DNA of 64,000 bases. Source: Candidatus Limnocylindrus sp. Lineage in GTDB: Bacteria; Chloroflexota; Limnocylindria; Limnocylindrales; Limnocylindraceae. The notes under the pieces were generated by a model, which did no database searches, was not told the origin of the DNA, and worked only from the letters and a program-made list of their open reading frames with translations. Both the position numbers and the translations under genes were made by a program. Where the stretch lies: the NCBI GenBank assembly GCA_040397175.1, contig JBBAWM010000003.1:147599-211598 (forward strand). The letters are read 5' to 3'. Position 1 is the first letter of the stretch; every line of letters starts with the position of its first letter. This document shows positions 57,934 through 64,000 of the stretch, one piece after another.

Positions 57934-59856
57934 ATGACAACCCCTCAGGTTTATCCGGGTGGGGGCGGACCACGTGATCGCGAGGTTCGTCGTCGACGCC
58001 CGCTGCGATTCTTCGCCGCCGCGCTGATCATCCTTCTGACCTTCGGTGGCCTCGGTGGCCGGTTAATCCTCACGCAGCTCGGAGCAACGTCGGCAACGGG
58101 CGCAACGGGTTCGGTGGCACGTGGCCATCGCATCGTCGAAGAGCCCATCACTCCGGCGCGTGGCCTGGTGTACGACCGCAGCGGACGCGTGCTCGCAAAA
58201 AACATCGCGGTCTATGCGGTGCAAATTCGACCGGGCGATCTCTCACTCACTATTCGCGAGCGCGTCGTCAAAACGCTCGGAGAAATCCTGAAGATCGATC
58301 CCGTCTACATCATTACGCTGCTCGATCGAAGTACCGGTTCGCTCTGGGAACCGATTCGCATCGCCAACAATGTCAACGAGCGTGCGGCGCGGCTCATCAA
58401 TGAAGAGCGCTCCAGTCTTCCCGGTGTTGAGACCATCGTTGAGGCTCGACGTGTCTATCCGTTCGGAACACTCATCAGCCACATCGTTGGATACGTTGGC
58501 CGCATTGACGCAGTCGAAGCGAGCACCCTTGCGCCAGCTGGATACTCCGTCGTCGATTTCATTGGTCGAGCAGGCGTTGAGGCGAGCTACGAAGAGATGC
58601 TTCGTGGTGCGCCCGGCGTTCGCCAAGTCGAGGTCGATGCGAAGGGCCGTCTCGTTCGAGTTCTTGGAGTGACGAAACCACCCGTTGACGGTTTATCGTT
58701 AACACTCACCATCGACATTGAGGCGCAGCAACAGGCAACGACGGCGCTGGAGTGGGGACTCAGAAGCGCGGGAACGAAAGAGGGCGTGGTCGCCTCGATC
58801 AATCCACAGAACGGGGAGGTGCTTGCGATGGCCTCACTCCCAACCTACGACAACAATGATTTCTCGGCAGGGATCAGCAACGCGAAGTACCAGAAATATC
58901 TGGCGAATAAATTTTCACCACTGTTGAATCACACGGTCGGCTCATATTTTCCGCCAGGGAGTACCTATAAGCTGGTCACCTACTCCTGCGCTCTCAACAA
59001 CAACCTCGTCACACCAACGACACGCTTTGCCTCCACCGCATTCCTTGAGGTCGGCGGCGAGAAGTTTTATGAGTGGAATCGTGTTGGATTTGGCGGCTCG
59101 CTGACGCCCTCCGAAGCGTACTCATGGAGCTCCAACGTGGTGACCTTCCAACTCGCACGACTCATCAAGGTTGACCGACTCTCAGCGTGCGGCCGGCAGT
59201 GGGGCTTCGGTGCGCCGACGGGGATCGATCTCCCGAGCGAGATTTCTGGGCTCGTCCCCGATCAAACATGGGCGCGCGCCACCATCAACCGCGGCCTCTA
59301 CGACGCCGAGGTGTTGCAATCCGCGCAGGGACAGGGGTACGACTTGGCGACGCCGATTCAAGTGTTGAACGCCTTTGCTGCGCTCGCCAACAGCGGAACA
59401 CTGTGGAGGCCCCACGTGGTCCTTAGCGTCACGCACCCAGATGGCGCCGTTTCGCCCATCGCGCCCGTGGTGAATGCCACGGTCGGCATGAAGGAGTCCA
59501 CCTATCGCGAGATGCGGCTCGCTGGGCGCAAGATGGCGCTGAACCCCGGCCCATCGCAGGGAATCTATCGCATGCCCCTCTTCGTCTCGGCGAAGAGCGG
59601 GACCGCGCAATACGGCGTACGTGACAGCCTTGGGAGACTGCCGTTTCACAACTGGATGGGTGGATTTGTTGCGCCAACGGACGACTGGTCGAAACACGAT
59701 GCCACCTTTGCCTATGTCGTTTTCATGCATGGAACCAACACAGTGGGCAACGCGGCGAAAGAGGTAACGAAGTTTTATCTGCAGCTGCACTTCAAGCTCA
59801 CGCGGGACTATCGCACCGTAGGACTCTTGGCGCGCGGGAACCACTTCGGTGAATAG
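57934..59856 (+). CDS. mrdA: Penicillin-binding protein 2 (elongasome transpeptidase)
   Basis: N-terminal membrane anchor, PBP dimerisation domain, transpeptidase motifs STYK (SxxK), SSN and KSGTA. Confidence 0.9.
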   Translation: MTTPQVYPGGGGPRDREVRRRRPLRFFAAALIILLTFGGLGGRLILTQLGATSATGATGSVARGHRIVEEPITPARGLVYDRSGRVLAKNIAVYAVQIRPGDLSLTIRERVVKTLGEILKIDPVYIITLLDRSTGSLWEPIRIANNVNERAARLINEERSSLPGVETIVEARRVYPFGTLISHIVGYVGRIDAVEASTLAPAGYSVVDFIGRAGVEASYEEMLRGAPGVRQVEVDAKGRLVRVLGVTKPPVDGLSLTLTIDIEAQQQATTALEWGLRSAGTKEGVVASINPQNGEVLAMASLPTYDNNDFSAGISNAKYQKYLANKFSPLLNHTVGSYFPPGSTYKLVTYSCALNNNLVTPTTRFASTAFLEVGGEKFYEWNRVGFGGSLTPSEAYSWSSNVVTFQLARLIKVDRLSACGRQWGFGAPTGIDLPSEISGLVPDQTWARATINRGLYDAEVLQSAQGQGYDLATPIQVLNAFAALANSGTLWRPHVVLSVTHPDGAVSPIAPVVNATVGMKESTYREMRLAGRKMALNPGPSQGIYRMPLFVSAKSGTAQYGVRDSLGRLPFHNWMGGFVAPTDDWSKHDATFAYVVFMHGTNTVGNAAKEVTKFYLQLHFKLTRDYRTVGLLARGNHFGE

Positions 59857-60976
59857 GCTCGATTCGCCACTCGGCTCCGCACTTCGCCGCGTCGACTGGG
59901 TAGCCGCGGCCGCGGTGGGACTGCTGGCGCTAACCGGAGTCGGCATGGCCTGGTTAAATGCGCGGAGCTACGGCCAAGAGCTGCTCACGCCAAGTTCGCT
60001 CCTGGTGCGCTCACTCACCTGGACCCTGCTCTCCCTCGTTGTCTACAGCGTGACGACACTGGTGAACTGGCGCTGGGTGCGCACCTTTGCGTGGCCGCTC
60101 TACGCCGCGAACATCCTGCTACTCATCGTGACCCTGGTCTACGGTGTCGATTCCGGCGGAAACAATCGGGCGATCGCCATCTTCGGCCTTGCCATCCAGG
60201 CGAGTGAGCTGAGCAAGATCCTGACGCTCGTGGCGATCTCTACCGCACTGACGCGAGTCGACCGCACCAGTGGCGGAGTACAGGACCTCGTAATGGCGGG
60301 CGCCATCGTTGCCCCGCCGTTCCTTCTTGTGGTGGCCCAGCCAGACCTCGGCACGGCGTTGGTGCTCGTGGCGGCCCTCTTCGGCGCCCTCTATTTGGCC
60401 GGCGTTGCAACCCGTTGGGTTGCCGCCCTCGCCAGCCTCGCCGCGATCGGCGGTGCCCTGGCGTGGGTCGTGGTGCTGGCGGATTATCAGAAAGAGCGAC
60501 TCCTTGCCTTTATCGATCCTCGCGCCGACCCAGCGGGGCCGAAGTACCAGCTGCTTCGATCGCTCGAGGCGATCAAGGGGGGCGGTCTCTTCGGCGCAGG
60601 CGCCGACGGCACGGCAGACCTCACCCCGCTTCCCGTACAAGAGAGCGACTTTGTCTTTGCGGCCCTCGTCCGTGCGTTTGGTGCCATTGGCGGCCTCTTT
60701 GTCATCGTGCTGCTGGCCATCCTTGTCGGACGGCTCCTCTGGCATGCCTGGACCTCCCCCGACGAGTTCGGGGTGATCTTTGCCGGAGGGATGGCCACCG
60801 TCGTCCTCTTCCAAACGTTCGTGAACATCGGCATGAACCTGGGCGTCGCCCCGATTACGGGGATCACCCTCCCCTTTGTGAGCTACGGCGGAGCCTCTGC
60901 AGTCTCCCTCGCCTTCGGCCTGGCCCTCGTGCAGAGCCACCGTGTGCATGATGGGGGCTCATCGCCACTCATGTAA
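59849..60976 (+). CDS. rodA: Peptidoglycan glycosyltransferase RodA (SEDS family)
   Basis: 375-aa polytopic FtsW/RodA/SpoVE family protein; 8-nt overlap with mrdA. Confidence 0.9.
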   Translation: MNRLDSPLGSALRRVDWVAAAAVGLLALTGVGMAWLNARSYGQELLTPSSLLVRSLTWTLLSLVVYSVTTLVNWRWVRTFAWPLYAANILLLIVTLVYGVDSGGNNRAIAIFGLAIQASELSKILTLVAISTALTRVDRTSGGVQDLVMAGAIVAPPFLLVVAQPDLGTALVLVAALFGALYLAGVATRWVAALASLAAIGGALAWVVVLADYQKERLLAFIDPRADPAGPKYQLLRSLEAIKGGGLFGAGADGTADLTPLPVQESDFVFAALVRAFGAIGGLFVIVLLAILVGRLLWHAWTSPDEFGVIFAGGMATVVLFQTFVNIGMNLGVAPITGITLPFVSYGGASAVSLAFGLALVQSHRVHDGGSSPLM

Positions 60977-60989
60977 CAATGAGGAGCGG

Positions 60990-61018
60990 TTGACGCGGGA
61001 GAGCCCTGATCGTAGACT
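60990..61018 (+). promoter_or_regulatory. Candidate sigma-70 promoter of the rplU-rpmA-rpmE operon
   Basis: TTGACG (60990-60995), 17-nt spacer, TAGACT (61013-61018). Followed by an ~88-nt leader containing the inverted repeat CTGAC-N7-GTCAG before the SD AGGGGA. Confidence 0.45.
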
Positions 61019-61107
61019 TCCCCTCCCGCGACTGACCCGTCCGTCAGACCGCGACCGCCCAACAGGCGCCGCCTGTACGGCGCACAGACAGTAAGGACAG
61101 GGGAACC

Positions 61108-61653
61108 ATGTACGCAGTCATCGAGACCGGTGGAAAGCAGTATCGAGTGGAGCTCGGCAGCGAGCTGCATGTTGAGCTGACTGGCGCTACCCCAGGCAGC
61201 GAGATCTCGTTCGACCGTGTCCTTCTTGTGCGCACCGACTCCACCACGGAGATTGGCACCCCCGTTGTTGCTGGCGCCAAGGTCACCGCAACGGTGCTTG
61301 GCCAGGAGCGCGGACCAAAGACGATCAGCTTTAAGTATCGACCGAAGGCGCGCAGCCGCATCACCAAGGGCCACCGCCAGGAGCTGCACCTTATTAAGGT
61401 GACCGAAGTTGCCGTGAATGGCACGAGCGCAAAGGCGCTCTACGAAGCTGGTGCAGCAGATCGCGCCAAGGCACAAGTTGCCGCCGCCGCTGTCGCTGCC
61501 GATAAGGCGAAGGCCGACGCGGCAGTTGCCGCAACGCTGAAGGTTGGCGCGCCAGCCGAAGCGAAGGCCGCGAAGAAGCCTGCGGCAAAGAAGCCAGCAA
61601 CCGCAAAGCCAGCAGCGAAGAGCGCCGACACGTCGGCCGCTGACGCCGAGTAA
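61108..61653 (+). CDS. rplU: 50S ribosomal protein L21 with ~75-aa Ala/Lys-rich C-terminal extension
   Basis: N-terminal 103 aa are canonical L21 (MYAVIETGGKQYRV...KYRPKARSRITKGHRQELHLIKV). C-terminus is a low-complexity AKAAKKPAAKKPATAKPAAK tail. Confidence 0.9.
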   Translation: MYAVIETGGKQYRVELGSELHVELTGATPGSEISFDRVLLVRTDSTTEIGTPVVAGAKVTATVLGQERGPKTISFKYRPKARSRITKGHRQELHLIKVTEVAVNGTSAKALYEAGAADRAKAQVAAAAVAADKAKADAAVAATLKVGAPAEAKAAKKPAAKKPATAKPAAKSADTSAADAE

Positions 61654-61683
61654 CCCAGCGAACGCTGAGAGAAGGAGACCCCC

Positions 61684-61947
61684 ATGGCACACAAAAAGGC
61701 AGGCGGAAGTGTTCGCAACGGACGCGATAGCGCTGGTCAGCGCCTTGGCGTAAAGGTTGGCGACGGCCAGAAGATCAACGCTGGTGGCATCATCGTGCGA
61801 CAGCACGGCACCACCTTCGCCGCAGGGCGCGGCGTTGGCCTGGGTAGCGACTACACCATCTATGCAACCGTCACCGGTACGGTGAAGTTCGACCACGCGT
61901 CGCGCACGAAGAAGCGCGTCAACGTTGTCGCTTCACCAGACGCCTAG
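61684..61947 (+). CDS. rpmA: 50S ribosomal protein L27
   Basis: [24 protein letters not shown]... is a canonical L27. Confidence 0.9.
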   Translation: MAHKKAGGSVRNGRDSAGQRLGVKVGDGQKINAGGIIVRQHGTTFAAGRGVGLGSDYTIYATVTGTVKFDHASRTKKRVNVVASPDA

Positions 61948-61957
61948 AGAGTCGCTG

Positions 61958-62167
61958 ATGAAGCTAGAGATTCATCCCAAGTACAACACCATCGAAATTA
62001 CGTGCCTTGCATGCAGCACGAAGTTCTCGATCGGCTCAACGCGAACCAGCGAGCTCAAGACGGAAGTCTGCTCGAACTGCCACCCGTTCTTTACGGGCAA
62101 GCAGCTGATTCTCGACACGGCCGGTCAGGTCGAGCGCTTCCAGAAGCGCCTCGGTCGCTCGCGCTGA
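61958..62167 (+). CDS. rpmE: 50S ribosomal protein L31 (zinc-binding type A)
   Basis: MKLEIHPKYNTIEITCLACSTKF...CSNCHPFFTGKQ carries the CxxC...CxxC/H zinc ribbon. Start taken at the internal ATG of the listed 80-aa ORF. Confidence 0.85.
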   Translation: MKLEIHPKYNTIEITCLACSTKFSIGSTRTSELKTEVCSNCHPFFTGKQLILDTAGQVERFQKRLGRSR

Positions 62168-62172
62168 TCCCC

Positions 62173-63207
62173 ATGCGGCGCCGACTCGGCGTCGCTGCGC
62201 GAATCGCGCAGGATCGCTTCGCAGACGTTTCACGAGCACTGCACGCCGTATCTCTGAGCGCGCGCCCAACAAGCGGCGCAGCGTATGGCGGCCAGGCGTT
62301 GATCGACGGCATTCTGATGCGCGGCCCTACACACATCGGTGTCGCGCTACGTACCGTTGACGGCGGCATCGCCGTAACGTCAGAACCGATTGCCACTGGG
62401 CCAGTTCGTCGACGCCTCACCCGCCTTCCCGTACTGCGTGGCGCAGTAGTGCTGTGGGAGACCCTCGCCCTTGGTAGCCGCTGGCTGCTGCGCAGCGCCG
62501 ATGTATCGGCGGGCGATGAGTCGCGACCCACCGGCGGTACTGGTTCGATGATCGCAACACTTGCGGTCACGCTGTTGGTCGCCGTTGCGATCTTCAATGT
62601 GCTGCCAGCGATTGTTGCGTCAGCAATCGTGCATGCACTCGGCATCACGGCGCTGCTCGCAGAACGCGCGATTGATGGACTCCTGCAGGTGGGCATACTC
62701 CTCGGGTACTTGACTGCGGTTGGTCGCAGCAGCGACGTTGATCGAACCTATCGATATCACGGCGCAGAGCATCGCGCGATTCACGCGCTTGAGAACGGTG
62801 AGCCGCTCACACGCAGCGCGCTGTCACATTGGCCAACGGCACATCCACGCTGTGGCACGGAGTTCCTCGTTGTCGTCATTTTAGTGAGCATCGTGAGCTT
62901 CTCGCTGATCGGCAGACTTGATCCGATTCCAACGGTGATCAGTCGCATTGCGGGCATTCCGCTCGTTGCCGGCCTCGCGTATGAGATTCTGCGCCTGCTA
63001 GGTCGCTATCGAACAAACCCAGTGGCACGCGTGCTGGCGGCGCCAGGGATTGCCGTACAGCGCATCACCACGCGAAAGCCCGACGACGGCATGCACGACA
63101 TTGCGATCGTTGCGCTGGCCGCGGCGATCGAAGCCGAAGGCGGCGTGGTGCCGAGCGGTTCCGAGCGACCAACCTCCCGCGCACTGCAGCCGTTGACGGT
63201 GCGCTGA
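62173..63207 (+). CDS. DUF1385 family protein (YqhQ-like putative metal-dependent enzyme)
   Basis: [14 protein letters not shown]-terminal motif and the YHGAEHRAI motif of DUF1385; conserved position between rpmE and prfA. Start set at ATG 62173, just after the rpmE stop. Confidence 0.75.
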   Translation: MRRRLGVAARIAQDRFADVSRALHAVSLSARPTSGAAYGGQALIDGILMRGPTHIGVALRTVDGGIAVTSEPIATGPVRRRLTRLPVLRGAVVLWETLALGSRWLLRSADVSAGDESRPTGGTGSMIATLAVTLLVAVAIFNVLPAIVASAIVHALGITALLAERAIDGLLQVGILLGYLTAVGRSSDVDRTYRYHGAEHRAIHALENGEPLTRSALSHWPTAHPRCGTEFLVVVILVSIVSFSLIGRLDPIPTVISRIAGIPLVAGLAYEILRLLGRYRTNPVARVLAAPGIAVQRITTRKPDDGMHDIAIVALAAAIEAEGGVVPSGSERPTSRALQPLTVR

Positions 63208-64000
63208 TGGCCGACGCTGTACAGCTCAACGCACGACTCGCGGCGGCGCTCAAGGCACGCGCCGAACTCGAGGCGCAACTGACGCTCCCTGAGGTGCTCG
63301 CCGATCACACGGCCCTCGCTCGCATCGGGCGCGAGCTGTCACGCACCGCACCGCTCGCTGAGGCGGGCGAGGCGCTCGCCGCCGCTCGCCGTCGCGTGAC
63401 CGATTCCCGCTCACTTGAGGCGGATCCAGGGGCAGACGCGGAGATGCGCGAGCTTGCCGCCACCGATCGCGCCGAGGCCGAGGTGATCGAGCGCGACATC
63501 CTGGAACGGCTCCCGGGCCTGCTCCTTGAGCCTGATCCGAACGACGGGCGAGACCTGCTGATCGAAGTGCGGCCTGGCGCTGGCGGCGACGAGGCGGGCA
63601 TCTTTGCTGGCGAACTCTTCCGCGCCTATCTGCGTTACGCGGAACGACAGGGGTGGAAGAGTGAAGTCGATGCGATCAGCGAAACCGGTGTTGGTGGAAT
63701 CCGTGAAGGGGTGATGGAGGTCTCTGGCGATGGCGCATGGGCCGCCTTTAAATGGGAGTCGGGCGTGCACCGCATTCAGCGTGTTCCTGCAACGGAGTCG
63801 GCTGGGCGCATTCACACCAGCACCGCGACGGTTGTCGTGCTTCCGGTCGTGACCGCGGTCGACCTGGTAATTCCTGACACCGACATTCGCATCGATGTAA
63901 AGCGCGCCTCGGGGAACGGCGGACAAGGCGTGAACACTACCGACTCCGCCGTGCGCATCACGCACCTTCCGAGCGGCATCGTGGTGGAGATGCAAGATGA
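63207..64000 (+). CDS. prfA: Peptide chain release factor 1 (5' portion; continues beyond window end)
   Basis: ATG at 63207 overlaps the preceding stop (TGATG). Translation gives ...[16 protein letters not shown]...[25 protein letters not shown] with the GGQ motif. No stop before the window end; not in the ORF track for that reason. Confidence 0.9.
   Translation, partial: MADAVQLNARLAAALKARAELEAQLTLPEVLADHTALARIGRELSRTAPLAEAGEALAAARRRVTDSRSLEADPGADAEMRELAATDRAEAEVIERDILERLPGLLLEPDPNDGRDLLIEVRPGAGGDEAGIFAGELFRAYLRYAERQGWKSEVDAISETGVGGIREGVMEVSGDGAWAAFKWESGVHRIQRVPATESAGRIHTSTATVVVLPVVTAVDLVIPDTDIRIDVKRASGNGGQGVNTTDSAVRITHLPSGIVVEMQD

Noticed and set aside
60119-61896. Minus-strand ORFs of 276 and 337 aa
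   Set aside because: Antisense to rodA and to rplU/rpmA respectively; the sense-strand genes are unambiguous.

Overview
This is a high-GC (about 65-68%) bacterial chromosomal window spanning the replication origin region. Almost all of it is densely packed core genes; I see no CRISPR arrays, transposases, integrases or prophage content. Gene content and synteny (secA-prfB-ftsE-ftsX-ctp; rpmH-rnpA-yidD-yidC-jag) suggest a Terrabacteria-type lineage such as deep-branching Actinobacteria or Chloroflexi/Thermomicrobia; this is inference only. The window reads left to right as follows. (1) 195-6709, minus strand: a translationally coupled inositol-lipid operon (ArsR regulator, CDP-alcohol phosphatidyltransferase, myo-inositol-1-phosphate synthase, two LPLAT acyltransferases, a PHP phosphoesterase and a PimA-like GT4), resembling the mycobacterial pgsA1-patA-pimA phosphatidylinositol-mannoside locus. 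(2) 6801-21365, minus strand: a NADH:quinone oxidoreductase (nuo) operon with atypical gene order A-B-C-D-H-[I/E fusion]-F-[NuoG-Nterm/GltD-like/ferredoxin fusion]-J-K-L-M-N, with a MidA/NDUFAF7-family methyltransferase immediately upstream of nuoA. (3) 22654-25544: folK, a PurH-like AICAR transformylase with a degenerate IMP cyclohydrolase domain, and two small plus-strand ORFs. (4) 25455-29639: a 1394-aa polytopic protein made of two PMT/ArnT-like GT-C glycosyltransferase modules with a beta-propeller-like insertion, divergent from a GT2 polyprenyl-phosphate-mannose-synthase-like gene. (5) 30426-37814, minus strand: DUF151 nuclease, an 828-aa membrane protein, DUF721 (DciA-like), recF, dnaN, dnaA; a DnaA-box-rich, AT-rich oriC candidate lies between dnaN and dnaA. 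(6) 38258-41016, plus strand: rpmH-rnpA-yidD-yidC-jag. (7) A lower-GC DUF4287 gene, then tmRNA (ssrA) and smpB. (8) 42848-57382, minus strand: ctp protease, ftsX, ftsE, prfB (programmed +1 frameshift), secA, a small ORF, prs, gyrA, gyrB, parB, parA; a near-consensus parS sits upstream of parA. (9) 57445-64000, plus strand: mreD-mrdA-rodA, rplU-rpmA-rpmE, a DUF1385 gene and the 5' part of prfA.
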